A stretch of DNA of 64,000 nucleotides from Octopus vulgaris (Eukaryota), in assembly GCA_951406725.2 (NCBI GenBank), contig OX597822.1, positions 87,358,001 through 87,422,000 on the forward strand. Direction: 5' to 3'. The notes beneath the pieces were generated by a model. It saw only the letters and a list, made by a program, of their open reading frames with translations. It did not search any database and had not been told where the DNA came from. Below are positions 11,465 through 24,985 of this stretch, in pieces (the stretch's first letter is position 1; every line of letters starts with the position of its first letter). Both the position numbers and the translations under genes were made by a program.

Positions 11465-12594
11465 ATTACCTCCACCAAGGAAGGAGGTTATGTTTTTATC
11501 AGTGTTGGTTTGTCCGTTTGTGTGCAAAATAACTCAAAAAGTTGTGAACAGTATTTGATGAAACTTGCAGGAAAAGTTGGTAATGACACCAGGAAGAGAT
11601 GATGAAATTTCGGTAGTGATCTGGGAATTTTTATGGATTCTTGAAGGATTTTTCATTTGTTATATTTACTTCACATGAAGTATTACAATGTTACGTTCTT
11701 GATTATCTCACTTGAAAACACGTTCATCATTTCCACGTAACCTATGGTGGCGATGCTGTTTCCAAAGTTTATTTTCGTTTCTCTATTAGTAATTTTACTC
11801 GTGTAGCTATCTTAAAATGAGCTGCTTGGCAGAGGTCTGCAGAGGATGACATAACAAGCCTTGACTGTTGGGATCGACTCAAAAAGCTCAGGCTTTGCTC
11901 CCTCCACCACCGCTGTGAGCTCTATATCATCTGTATGATGTGGAAAATATTCCATCAACATTGCCCATCTTTAAAATTCGTCCGCTTGAATGGGCTATGG
12001 TTCCCCAGAGTTGACTGTGTATCTCTTCCAGGTGGTGCTATTAAATAAGACATGGCCTGTGTCAACTTCAGCCAAAACTTATCTAAGTAATCTAATCTAT
12101 GCCGTAACATTTTAATCAAAGCATGACAACATGGGTAGAGGCTGATATCTTAACATTTCTGATGGTCTTAAGTATAAAAAAAATTATTTAAGGTTTATAT
12201 AGAACTACACTCAGAGTATGTCTATAAGCTATTGTATTTAGACCTGGTTTCTATCCTCAAACTGTTCTGTTTTGTAGATGCAATTTTTTTTGTTTTTAAT
12301 AAAGCACTCTGAAATTAGAAAAATCAAAAATCTGCAACAATCTCAGCTCCATGAGTATTGGAGAATGGATTTTCAACTGTGTAAAGAAACTGATTGTAGT
12401 GATCATAGTTTTGACAGTGAGTGTGGTGAAATCAGAGACAGTGTTGATGATTACGATGGTTGAGATTAGTATGGGAGGAGGTTATGTTTTTGCTGGCGTT
12501 GTTTTGGGAAATTGAGCAATTTTCAGCATGCGTGTATATGGGTTGAAATGAGCTGCTTGGCAGAGGTCTGCTCTCTCCAAGTGCTTTTCTAGTT
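11465..12594 (+). mobile_element. Helentron-associated (HINE/DINE-1-like) non-autonomous pieces (11465-11840, ~12474-12594) around a CR1-like 3' fragment (~11841-11990)
   Basis: Subterminal inverted repeat CCTCCACCAAG / CTTGGCAGAGG and 3' end ...AAGTGCTTTTCTAGTT. The intervening segment translates as LDCWDRLKKLRLCSL..R.ELYIICMMWKI, like a CR1 ORF2 tail. Confidence 0.55.
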
Positions 12595-12600
12595 ATTATT

Positions 12601-13180
12601 GAGTGAGAGAGGAGTCATGCCATCAAAGTGACACTGGGGTAAAATATACAAAGCCCAGTATACCCATCATGACTACCTGTCTGATAAGGGTATACCAGGC
12701 ACACACATCACAACCATATGTGAGCGACATTGTGATCTCCTATCAAGATATTCAGAGCATCACCTTGCAGGTGGGAACCAGTTAGAATTTTCTCCAGGTT
12801 GAGTAGCCCATCCCACTCAAAAGGTCTCTGAATAGGGTTGTTTAAGAATGTTGAATGAAACACCAATGTTTCCAAAGGTGAATTATCCAAACCCCAAAGA
12901 ATTCCTCTTAACACATGGCTATGATGCTCCCTCACTACTTCTGCTAGTGATCAGAGATGCACATATCGTCAGCCAATAAGTGACATGCTCAACTGGTTAA
13001 GCTCAACTGACAAGCAAAATCTGTGGTATTGAGCAGAAAATTTGCTGTAGCCTGTCTTTTATACTATCATTATTGAGCGAGAGAGCAGTGCATGCTATCA
13101 AAGTGACACTGGGGTAAAATATACAAAGGCCAGTATACCCATCATGATTACCCATCTGATAAGGGCACGCCAGGCACATA
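12601..13180. repeat. Interspersed repeat with ~100-bp direct repeats at both ends (12601-12705, 13075-13178), probably a retroposon tail
   Basis: ...CATCAAAGTGACACTGGGGTAAAATATACAAAG...GATAAGGG..CCAGGCACA occurs twice; embedded in (TTA)n. Confidence 0.55.
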
Positions 13181-13471
13181 TTATTATTATTATACAAACA
13201 TATATACACATTCTACATTTCTAAGCGTGTAAACATATTCTACATATATAAATATTTCCTGCATTTGGACATGTTTTACACAAGCACACACACACCCATA
13301 CATGCATGTATACATTCATATGTAGATGCACACATAATCTACACCTGTAGACATAATGAAAGTTTGAGAAAATATCCAACTTACATAGAAGAAATCAGAA
13401 ATCTCAATGATGGTGTCAGGCTGGTAAAGATTTTGAAATTGTTTTGAGCAAATCCTGCAGCTAGCTATATA

Positions 13472-13520
<49 letters not shown>

Positions 13521-14005
13521 TGTTTGTGTGTGCGTGCATAGGTGTATGTGTGTGTGTGAATAGGTGTATGTGTGTGCACGTGCATTTATGTTTATCTTCC
13601 TCTCTGCTCCTTCTCTAGCTTTCTCTCTCTTTCTCCCTGTCGCCTCTCTATCTCTCTCTTTACATTATATATGTGTGTATGTGTGTTTGTATATATGTTA
13701 ATATATATATAATCATATATGTGTGTATATGTATGTATGTGTTTATGTATGTATGTATAGCACATCTATAATTTAAGGAAAAGCATTAAAATAGTCCCAA
13801 GAAAAAAAAAAAAACTTGTGTAATTGTTTTATTCATGCGTATTGCTTGATTGCCAGTTGATTTTGTTTGTGCATGCAACTAGCCAGGACTTGAATGTTTG
13901 AATTGTCACAAACCAGTTCAAATACACACCGTAGTTTGGAGTGTGAACGTATTGACTAAGCAAATATTTGAAGTATATTAATTTCTCTTTCTCTTTCAAT
14001 GTATG

Positions 14006-14055
<50 letters not shown>

Positions 14056-14059
<4 letters not shown>

Positions 14060-14419
14060 AACGGCAGTTTGTCTGTGCGTGTTTCTGTGTGTCTGTTTGC
14101 TTGTACCCTCACTCTGACCACGGCTTTCACCGATTCTAATGAAACTTGACACACACATAGCCCAATGTCATAATTCAAAACTAACGCAGCGAAAATTTTG
14201 AAAAGTTCCCCATTTCTGAAAAAATCGATAAATTCGACATGGGTCGAGAATAAAAAAACAAACCACAGACTGTCTAGGGGACGCAACTCAACCTTTTTTA
14301 CTCTCAAAAAAAATTTACCATCATTTTTTCCCATTTTTTTGCTATTTTTTGGCTATAACTCTCTAAAAATGCTTTATAGTTATTTCCTTACAAACCTGAG
14401 CAACGCCGGCATACTGCTA

Positions 14420-14420
<1 letters not shown>
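14056..14420 (+). mobile_element. Non-autonomous Helitron/DINE-1-like element
   Basis: GTCTGT-type microsatellite head, ACCGATT..ATGAAACTTG motif, 3' GAGCAACGCCGGC...CTGCTAG end abutting (TA)n. Confidence 0.55.
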
Positions 14421-14478
<58 letters not shown>

Positions 14479-14671
14479 CACATACAGGGTGATGCAAAAT
14501 TAGTCTTACATTGTATATAATATACACGTGTTAGCCTACTTTTGCACCATCCTGTGTGTGTACATGCATACATATATATCCGTATATATGTGTGTGTATG
14601 TTTGATGTTTCATGTTTTAACCCCCTCACCCACTGGAGCCGGTTTCTAGCCTAGAAATATGACTCATTGGT

Positions 14672-14865
14672 TTCAAATTTTGGCACAAGGCCAGCAATTT
14701 CGGGGGAAGGGTTAAATCGATTAGATCAACCCCAGTGCATGAATGGTACTTATTTTATCAACCCTGAAAAGATGACAGGCAAAGTGAACTTTGGAGGTAT
14801 TTGAACTCAGCACATAAATATGTATTTTGTCTGGCGTTCAAATGATTCTGTCAGCTCACTGCCCT
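14672..14865 (-). mobile_element. tRNA-derived SINE; related copies at ~15670-15838 (+), 21178-21335 (-, triplicated) and 40800-41175 (+, two copies)
   Basis: Shared core TTCATCCTTTCGGGGTCGATAAA.TAAGTACCAGT (resembles the MetaSINE central domain, from memory) and a B-box-like GTTCAAAT. Confidence 0.7.
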
Positions 14866-16059
14866 ACATCGCTCTTTCTTTGCAATTTAAACACTGTCAA
14901 TGAAGTAGTCATGTTCGTATGAATTCTCCTCTTCCTCCTCCTCATTATCATCATCATCATTTTTATTTAACGTTCCTTTTTCCAAGCTGGTATGGGTTGG
15001 GTGGTTTGGTATGAAGAGAGGCGCCAGAGTGCTGCGACAAGTTCCATTGTCTGCTTTGACATAGTTTATACAGCTGAAGCCCTTCATAATGCCAACCAAT
15101 TTACAGGGTTGCACCCACTTTAGTGAGGTCAAAAATACCCGCAAGATAAGATCCATGAAATGCGTATAGAATTGAGTGATAAGAAACTAGGATAGAGGGG
15201 ATGGGAGCTGGTGACTTCCTGAGGAGGTGAATAGTCTGACTTGCCCCTCTGGACAGACAGACAGACAGAAAGAAAGAAAGAAAGAGTGACAGTGAGAAAG
15301 AGAAAATGGGATCTGTGTACAAGGTGAATATGAGGAACAGAAAAGATGGATGTGGAGGTAAGTGGAACTGAGTGAGAATAGTATGACTGATGAAGAGTGA
15401 TGAGGAAATGGTCCTTTTCTATGTGTAGACAAGGATGGCAGGTTTAGAAATTGTACACGGTGTAAGCAGCACAGACTATGGATAAGGAAGAGGTGCGCTG
15501 GGATCAGAGGAAGGTTACAGAGAATGAAGAATTTGTTTGTAGCAAATGTGCAAGAGCAATAAATAATAAGAGCACACAAGAAAGAGATGTTCTGGAATCC
15601 CTCAAAAGTTCCCCAGTACTCTTTTGACTCAATGATTGCACCATGTGTTTCCAGCTTCAAATCCCCTGCCGTTATGTTCTAAGTTCAAATTCCACCAAGG
15701 TCGACTTTGCTTTTCATCCTTTCGGGGTCGATAAATTAAGTACCAGTTGCATACTTGGGTCAATGTAATCAACTTAATCCCTTTGTCTGTCCTTGTTTGT
15801 CCCCTCTGTTTAGCTCCCTGTGGGCAATAAAGAAATAAAAATCCCTATTTCTGGCAAAGTTTCTTGTGTAAAACTTTTACCACCTGGTCATGCCTCCATT
15901 TCTTATATTCTTCCAGTACCAACTGGGGGCATTCTGTCACAATGTGTGCCACCATCTCATTCCAAGTTCCACAGACTCTACATTTTTCTGATACATTCAC
16001 TCCATATATATTTTTACTCAATTTGCTGATTTTTTATCTCTTGATTTGGGGCTGCTACA

Positions 16060-17830
16060 ATTAGGCTTTCTGTTTTTTAATTGTTCCTTTTTTAATCAAT
16101 CCCAGGATTATGTTCCACATACGTCTTCAATGACTCTCAAAAATTGGACATGCAGAGATTTTTCTTCGATCTGTCTGTATTTCATTCTTGTATTTTGATT
16201 TCTTTGTATTTCATTCTTGTCCTTTTCTCCTATTACACGCTTCATCACCTGTTCTTTATTAACTGTCTTTAGTAGATTCTTGTGCTGCTCTGTAAATACT
16301 CTACTAGACTTTTTCTTTCTATCTGTACACATACTTCTACTGCTATTAAACCTCTTTACCCTAATCTCTCCTCAAGTACAACTAATTGATATCAGCTTTT
16401 GGATGGCAGGCTCCATTCATCGTCAACAATATCGTTTCTGATCCAGTCTATTATTTCAATTCCATATCTGATTAAGGGTACTGCTCTTGAATTTATTGCT
16501 TTAATAGAATTTTTGGAATTCAACTTTGAATGCAATAATTTTCTGACTCTCCTTGACTTCTTTCAAATCTTCCATGTTTCATTTTCAATATTGCACACTT
16601 TTCTATTTCAAATTCCATACCTACATCATTTGAGAAAATGCAGATAGTATGTACAAGACTTTCAAGCTATTTCTCATTTTTCACATAAACCTTTCTATCA
16701 ATGATTTACCTCATCATTTCCTTTTTCCAAATCATAAAAAATTTAAACTTTTCATATGTAGAGCCTGTCAGCTTCTAATGCTCCTAGATATTTATAACTC
16801 TCTCCTTCTTTCAATGATTTTAATGTCTGGTCATCTGATAATTGGATGTCTTTGCTGTTGACTACCTCTCCCCTTCTCATGACTAATATTGCACACTTAT
16901 CTATGCCAAATTCTATGCCTATATCTTTGCTGAAGAATCTTACTGTCTGTATAAAGGAATCTATCTCTTTTTCATTCTTACTAAAAAGCTTCAGATCATC
17001 CATGTAGAGCAAATGGTTAATTTTTCCCTTACTATTTCCAAACTGATACCCTGCCTTTGCTTTCCTTAATACTTAATTTGGGGGGGGGGGGGACAAATAT
17101 TAAAGAGTCCCCTTGGAAAATTCCTCTTTTGATATTAACTTTCCCTAAGAGTGTGTCACCTGAGTATAGATCTACTTCCCATTTCTTCATGCTACAGCTA
17201 TACTCAAACATTCACTTACCCATGAGTGTGGGATCCTACCATAGGCTTTTCTATAATCTATCCATACCATTGTTAGATTTTTCTTTCTAGCTGGTCTGTC
17301 TCAAATAATCTGTTCTGTTGATACTGATCTATTCTTTTCTGATATCTGGAGAGCTTGCTTGCTACTGCTAAGATACACAGTTTCAACTCTTCTATTACTG
17401 TCCCAAATCCTTTCTCTTTGACTAAATATCTTTTCTCAAGGAAAGATTTGAATCTTGTGTTTCCAAACTGGTTTGTTTTCTAAGCTTCTATTCTATTCAG
17501 ATCTTGTCTTAAAGTCTTCACTTTATTTAGTAGTCTCATTTTCCACATTTTCCCATTTTTAATCTTTCCCTACTACCCCACCCCACACCCCCTACATAGA
17601 TCAATAAGTTAGTGTCTTCTATACTTTTAGTATCTGTCCTGATAACAGAATCTACTTTCCTGGTCATTTCTAGCAGTTTCCTTCTGTTGATGTCTTTTGG
17701 TGCTGGCAATCTTTTTCTTATTTCTTTACTCATTACTTCCTGCAACTCATCTAAAATCTTCTCATCTTCCTCACTTAAATCACTGAAGTCGTTGGTGCCA
17801 GTTGTCCCTTCTTTATAGGAAATCATCAGG
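16060..17830 (-). mobile_element. Heavily decayed R4/Dong-type LINE RT fragments
   Basis: GIFQGDS, HLLYMDDLKLF, IGIEFGIDKCA, YKYLG (16752-17130); further broken frames on both sides. Confidence 0.8.
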
Positions 17831-19405
17831 AAGAGAGTGCTTCCTAGAGAGGTCGCTGCCGACGTAAGACATTGTTTGCTTCACTTTTCAACAACGAATT
17901 AATATATTTACTTTTGCTGTTATTGTGTACCAAGTAATATCCGAGAGAGACTGTGCGGCATTGGAAAGCTGTCTCTGCTGATCTCAAGCCTGTAGCGCTT
18001 TTATCTCTTTTTAGGTAGAGCCTGTCGATATCACTATTTCTAAGGTGGGTTTTAACGTCTATGGAGTGGATTTCTTCTACAGACCAGTCAAGTATTCTGA
18101 ATGTTTAAATCAGCACTGGTACTGCAAATGCATTGTGGGATACTGTATTGTTGAAAGAGGAGAGTTCTGACTGCCATATTTTTCTGTCTGGCATGTATAT
18201 ATATATGTATGTATATATGTGATTGTTCAGTTTTATTTCAAGATTTCTTGCCAATAGAGAAAGAGCTGGTTGCTAACCTACATCCAAGGCTCCTTCATTG
18301 GAATTTAAACATCAGCAACAGGGTATTTTTTTATGTATGTATGTATATGTGCAAATTTGTATGTTTTACTTTATGTATTCTTATGCATATAGCTACATAT
18401 CTAGACATGCTCACATATATTTAAATGATAAACTTTGGGAAAGTTTTACAGATTTTTACACTTCCAGTGATGGATTGGATCTGTAGCCTTCGAATTAGCT
18501 TTCTCCTTTTTGAATTTGAGAAGCCTAATTTCTCAAGATTGGTATTTAGGCAGTGCGTTACATATCACAGTGCCCCAATATTTACAGGTATGTTTGTATG
18601 TATATTTGTATGTACGTACATGTAGATAGTTCGCATTGGTTGATGGAAGAAAGAGAGGGAAAGAGAGATTAGGAAAGAAGGAATATTCTGTAAGAAATGT
18701 CTTGTATTTACACCTGTACTATAACTAAGCTGGGGCAAAATAACAATGGAAATTTGGTGAGTTATTTGGGTTGAACAAAATAAAATCGAAGAAAGCGAAG
18801 AGTTTTAAGAGTGACACAAGTAAATTCCGAGTGCAAATCCATAAAACAATGAAAAGAAGCTTGCAGAAGCATTCAGATTGAATCTAAACTTGTTAATAGT
18901 GTAGATATAATGGTTACATTCCATGCAAACCTATATGGTTTCTGTTGAACCCCCAATGAGCATTCAGACGAATCATCAGTGATATTTCAACAGCTCTTTG
19001 AAATTCTCTCACTCATTCACTCTTTCTTCCTCCTAAAACTAAAATAAGTTGCCAAATCGAGACCAATATAATCCTAATTCTGGACTATAGGAACAACAAC
19101 TCATGTGAGTTCCTGTAAAACAAGGGGGAAAAAGCAGCATTATTCATCAGTATTTTCATGAATAAATACTTATAAAAAATCCCAGGCAACAGTGCCTGAC
19201 ATAAAATAAATCGAAATAAAAATGGATCAACAGAAAAATATACGACTCTGCACTAAAAGGTTCTTGTGATAGGGAATGGAATTGTGGGAAAATTTTGAGT
19301 ATGTCGCAGTACTCAGCACTCGAAATCCTTAGATTAGTATTCATAAAAGGCCACAGCATATCAAGTTTCCATATTTAGCAGCGACAATCCTTAACAAGTG
19401 ATTTT

Positions 19406-20480
19406 GGATCTTTTCGGTTTGAACGGCAGTTGGATCTTTTCGGTTTGAACGGCAGTTGGATCTTTTTGGTTTGAATGGCAGTTTTTTCTAGTGGTGTCAT
19501 ATGAAATTGTCACACATAATTATGACCCTAGTATCGATCTATTGCATTTCAATCTATTTTAGGGTTAGGATTGGGGGTGGAGGAAGGGTATTTTTTTTTT
19601 CTTCAGAAATGTAAATAAACCCAATCTGTTTCTTAAACGAGGGACATTTTCATATGGCACAGAATGTTTTCACCCCAATAGACGGTCATTGATTGGTTGA
19701 AATTGCAGAAATTGAAAAAAAAAAGCAACAAATATCTTACAAACTAGAATTTTCTCAATAAAGCGAAGAGAAAAAGATGTTTTATAAACACATTCTACCA
19801 GTATATGAAGTTTAAAAGTGTTTAGTTACATGGAAATTATTTTTAAAAACTGCTGTTCAAACCAAAAAGATCCTGGCAGTTTTTGAAAATAATTTCCATG
19901 TAACTAAACACTTTTAAACTTTGTATACTGGTAGAATGTGTTTATAAAACATCTTTTTCTCTTGGCTTTATTGAGAAAATTCTATAGTGGATCTTTTCCT
20001 TTTGAACGGCAGTTTTCAACACAATTTCTAGTTAACTAAAAGCACTTTTAAACTTCGTATACTGGTAGAATGTGTCAAAATAAAACATTTTTTTCTCTTG
20101 GCTTTCTTGAGAAAATTGTAATTTGTAAGTTTAACGTAGTTTAATTTTTCGAATTTTAACCAATCAATGGCCTCTATTGAGCTAAAATCATTTGCTGTGT
20201 CTAAAACTGAGACAACATCCTGTCACTGTTATGTTTACATACGGAAAGCATGTGTATAAAATTATAGAATTATTTTGTTTGTTAATTGTTTGAATTATTT
20301 TCCATTGCTTTCGTTTTAGCCTTTCGGTTTTTTTTTTCTTAAGCAATGGAAAATAGTTTAAAGAAGACACGTGTATCTCAAAACAAAAACATAGCGAATA
20401 ATTTTAGACACACACGTAACAATTAAATTAATTTAACAATTAAGAAAAAAAGAACGAAAGGCTAAAATTTAGGGTTAGGG
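19406..20480. mobile_element. Nested cluster of MITEs with TIR GGATCTTTTCGGTTTGAACGGCAG (complete copy 19458-19873); repeated in each unit
   Basis: TIR starts at 19406, 19432, 19458 and 19989; the complete copy is flanked by 8-bp CGGCAGTT/TGGCAGTT. Confidence 0.85.
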
Positions 20481-21789
20481 TTTAGAGTACAGCGATATCT
20501 GGCACGATTGTTTGGATATTCACTCTTAACACGTCTAGGCAGGTTCAGGCACAAAATATGCTGGTTGATGTAGCGTATGTCACAGGAGAATAACTTCTAT
20601 CTTTCACGGCAACAGTGAATTCAACGTACTCGGATCACTGATTTGTAAATCAAACATCCATAAGCATTTCTACAAAACATTTTGTCTCCCATTGATGTAA
20701 TCCACGCATTTTAACTAAACAAAAGACACTGAAATTTCAACCAGAAACTGGAATTCATAAACTATCTTGATGCAAAGTCAACTACAAGCTCACCTATAAA
20801 CCCAAATAAAACCATCAATACTTCACCTCTGAAACAATTCTAACAAAACTATTTAGATATTAATTGCTGGCAAGGACATTGTATTTCGGTTGCAACTATG
20901 ATGTAATACCAAGTATATTAGAGGTTTACAAGTCTTATCTTGTTAGCAGTGCAGTGTATTCACTTTTAAGTTTATCTGGCTCTGAATTCTATAGCTAAAC
21001 TTAAAAGTATTAACATGTTGTATGATTCCTTTAAATTAATCATCACAGCCATCTATATAGGTGGCAGCAGGCAAAAGAGCAGAAACTACACACTTCTATC
21101 ATATTTCATCTACCAAAAGTTCTGAAAAATTTATTTGCATGAGATTTCTAGAGAAAAAGAAACCATTCCAATAATTCTTTCTACTATAGGCACAAGGCCT
21201 GAAATTTGGGGGGAGAGGGTAAGTCGATTATATTGACCCAAGTGCTCAACTGGTACTTATTTTATCGACCCTGAAAGGATGAAAGGCAAAGTCGACCATG
21301 GTAGCATTTGAACTCAGAACGTGAAGGCAGACTAAACCATTCCAATAATGCTAAACAGAATACTTTGAAGAATGTAAAGTATAATGCTTTGAGCTCTTGT
21401 TATTCAACAACGATTAAAGATAAAGGTGTTCTTCCGGTTGTTGTCAATAAACAACGAGGGTACATGCGGTGTTGAGAGGGTTGGAATATGAAAGAGAGGA
21501 GGGGGGAAAAAACGAGTAGGAGACAATAAACAATAATAGGACGATAACTGAGCGTTGTTTCAAATGTTTTAAAAAAGAGAATAGTTAGCGTTGTGGTGAG
21601 TTCAACGCACAAAAAGATAATAACGATCAGATATACACAGCCGTAGTGGCAACTATATCTGTCCACAGAACATTAAGCAACTAAACGAATGTGCACATTT
21701 ATAAAACGTTGTAGAGACCAAGCCGCGATCAGCAGTCTTAGGATAGGAAAACTTATAAATGGGACACACAAAAAAATAAAACAAGAAGG

Positions 21790-22186
21790 GGATCTTTTCG
21801 GTTTGAACGGCAGTTTTTCTAGCGGTGTCATGAAATTGTCACTCATAATTATGACCCTAGAATCGATCTATTGCATTTCACTCTCTTTTAGGGTTAGGAT
21901 CAGGGGTGGCGGAAGGGTATCTTTTTTTCTTCACAAATGTAAATAAACCCAATCTCAAATGAGGGACATATTCATACGACACAGAATGCTTTTTAACTCA
22001 ATAGACGTCACTGATTGGTTGAAATTGAAGAAAAAAACAACAAATATCTTACAAACTATAGAATTTTCTCAATAAAGCCAGGAGAAAAAGATGTTTTATA
22101 AACACATTCTATCAGTATACGAAGTTTAAAATTTTTTAGTTACTTAGAAATTATGTTAAAAACTGCCGTTCAACCCGAAAAGATCC
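21790..22186. mobile_element. ~400-bp MITE with 8-bp TSD (copies at 28935-29332 and 36082-36479)
   Basis: TIRs GGATCTTTTCGGTTTGAACGGCAG / CTGCCGTTCAACCCGAAAAGATCC; TSD CAAGAAGG on both sides. Confidence 0.92.
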
Positions 22187-22340
22187 CAAGAAGGAAGAAA
22201 GCAGAGTTCTGACGAATGAGAGAAGAGAGAGAGTGAGGGTACTGGAGCCAAACTAGTGAAACATGAAGAGGTGGTGTAGAAATGAGGTTCCATAAGTTGC
22301 CGAGATGAAATGTTACACTTAATATAAAGTTGGAAACGAA

Positions 22341-22620
22341 GACGTGTAGCTTTGTGGTTAGGGCTATTTAGCGCACGATCATAAGGTGGTATCCTAGAAT
22401 AAGATGCTTAGTGTCCCTGAGCAAAGTTGTGCCTGTAATTCAAAGGACCAGCCTTGTCACATTATGTGTTATGCTGGATCACATTGAGAACTACGTTAAG
22501 GGTACACGTGTCTGTGGAGTGGTCAGGCCACTTGCACGTTTTAATTCTCCTAATTTCACGAGCAGGCTGTTCCATTGATCGGATCAATTGGAGTACTCAT
22601 CGTCGTAACCGACGGAGTGC
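22341..22620 (+). mobile_element. SINE (Nin-domain-like body, tentative), triplicated
   Basis: Decayed tRNA-like head; body AAGGGTACACGTGTCTGTGGAGTG...AATTTCACGAGCAGGCT is shared with the inverted copy at 24677-24985. Confidence 0.65.
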
Positions 22621-24216
22621 TAGTTTTTTTTAAGGCTGGAAACAGTGCAGGGAAAAGTGGTGAAATATATTAAATGTGCATTTGGAGCCGCATAGAAGTG
22701 TGTAGTAGTTGATCTACGGGTAACATCGAGTGATGAAGCAAGTGAAGGTTTCAAATTGAGTTTAATTCGGAGCAAGTGTACTTCCGACCAGGTCACACAG
22801 ACTATTGTCCTTTTTTGGAAGAGAGAGGTGGGAAGTGAAGAAGAGTGGACAGATGCGATCAGTTGCAAGCTGGACTGTAAGAAACGGGAATTGTGGAGGG
22901 TGGTGTACTGCAGTGATCGTATAACAGGGTGGATGGTGAGGAGAAAAGGAATTTAGTTGCAAGTTTGTAACATGTTGCAATGGTCCAGCTGATGGCTAAG
23001 GCTCCACCGTGGAGTTTGTCAGTAACGTATAGTGAGAGAAAAATGCCGTTGTAATTTTTCGGTTTACACATACACAAACATACGCACACTTGCATATGCT
23101 CCACGAGTGCCCCACACAACAAAATTCTACATTTTGTTCGCTGCCGGTTCTTGATTTTCTTTCAATTCTCCTCTGAAATCCCCTAACTTTGAAAATAAAA
23201 GCATAAAAACAACAACATCATCTCTTCTAGCCCACGTAATAGGTAGAATGGATAAATCCAGGCCAGAAATATCAAGTTTAAACAAAGCATCGAGATACAA
23301 TTAAATAAACAGAAAAATGATGGAAAGGTTTGGCTTATAAGTTTGGTCGATAAGTCAGTCAATCATTCATTTTTTATTGCTATTGTTTACATTTTCACCA
23401 ATACAAAAGCAGTTTGCTTACGCCATATATCTAACTGCTGGATATGTTTATACAGTGACAACCGTTTTTCATTTTGAATAGGAGACGACTGCTTTATGGC
23501 CTTTTTTTCTTTTTTAATGATGTGGCTTGGTTAAGTATTTGGTGAATATCTGTTCATGCAGCCTGATATTTCCCCATATGAAATCAAGCATTTAGTTTTC
23601 AATGAATCACGTTTATTAATAAAATAACATTACAAGCGCTGCTTGACGAAAGCTGTAATGCTATATACCAGAGGTGTTATTAATATACATGTTTGGTTAG
23701 AGGTGAGATCATTTTAACTTCGTGTTAAGGGGTGAGAAAGTTCTATACTTGTGGTAGATAGGTAGATGAAAAGATTCTTTCTATCCCATGGTCAAGTGAC
23801 ATGGCTGACCAAGAATCTTCTGCGTTTGTCTTTCTTCTCTGGAACTTCCGTGCTGCTCGTTTCCATTTGTGATTGTATTTTGGTGGGAAACTGCGTTGTA
23901 AATTTTGATTGAAACTTCCTGATCGTATGAATGCATCTGAAATGTGTTTGGCCAAAATGCAGACCTAAATTACCTGGTATGTTATGGCCTTTTCCTCATT
24001 ATCGAAATAACAGGGGTGTATTGCGAACTACAGACGTGTGTTGGAAGTGATCATGGGGTATTAAGTCCTTTCTGGTCATAGGCTGGGTAGAGCGTACTCT
24101 TGGATACAACTGTGTGGTCTTGCTGGTTTCCCGTGACCTGACGCTTGGAGGGACTGTTGCCGATTGCACCACGGGGGTAGGAGAAACCATTATTTATGTC
24201 TCACTACTACACTAAG

Positions 24217-24337
24217 CACTAGCGTAGCTAGAATGTTTGCCGCCCTCGGGCCGCCACAAAAAAAAATCCATATTGCCTACAGCAGACCCAAAAGTGGTGC
24301 CGCCCGGTGCGGACGGCTCCCTCTAGCTACGCTAGTG
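24217..24337. mobile_element. 121-bp hAT-type MITE, triplicated
   Basis: 16-bp perfect TIR CACTAGCGTAGCTAGA / TCTAGCTACGCTAGTG; 8-bp TSD ACACTAAG. Confidence 0.92.
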
Positions 24338-24676
24338 ACACTAAGTACCGCTACAATGGGATGAGCAAACACAATACATTGACTCGGTTGTGATATTAGG
24401 GAAAGTCGATTCTATCATTTCAAATGGAGTCGCTCTATATCAGTCTCTTCGATTAAGAGGCGTAAGTTTGTATACAATAACAGTGGCTTCGTTGAAAGTC
24501 TTGGATGTTTGCCCCCCCCCCCCCCAGTGTGTGTGTGTACATACACTATTACGGAAACATGGGGAAGTTTATGTAAACACAATAACAAAGCATAATGGAA
24601 AAGGGGTTTAGCAAAAAATACGATAGTCAGTAATATGACGCGGTACAGAAAGTTATTAAAACCCCTGTAAATCAAT

Positions 24677-24985
24677 CGTCGTGACACTCCGATCAACGGA
24701 AAAGCCTGCTCGTGAAATTAAAGTGCAAGTGACTTAGCACTCCACAGACACGTGTACCCTTAATGTAGTTTGAAATACTGGTACAACAGAAACAGAAAGT
24801 AAGAAAGAGTGAGAGAAAGTTGTGGTCAAAAAGTACAGCAGAATTCGCCACCAGCCCCTGCCAGAACCTCGTGGAGCTTTAGGTGTTTTCGCTCAATGAA
24901 CACTCACAGCGCCCGCTCTGAGAATCGAAACCGCGATCCTACGACTGCAAGTCCGCTTCCCTAACCACTGGGCCATTGCGCCTCC
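24677..24985 (-). mobile_element. tRNA-derived SINE with 13-bp TSD, triplicated
   Basis: Head GGAGGCGCAATGGCCCAGTGGTTAGG...GGTTTCGATTC on -; TSD CCTGTAAATCAAT at 24664-24676 and 24986-24998. Confidence 0.88.

Noticed and set aside
19406-19483. Three 26-bp direct repeats resembling a mini-CRISPR
   Set aside because: No spacers, eukaryotic context; they are MITE TIRs.
20465-20480. TTAGGG repeats as an interstitial telomere
   Set aside because: Only about two units, and they are internal to the MITE family.
23743-24190. Two adjacent minus-strand ORFs in the repeat unit (63 and 70 aa)
   Set aside because: Different frames separated by stops, no recognisable homology or consistent splice structure; identity across copies only reflects the recent triplication.
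24905-24985. tRNA gene candidates (also 3499-3570)
   Set aside because: tRNA-like heads continue into SINE bodies, one with a TSD; not standalone tRNAs.
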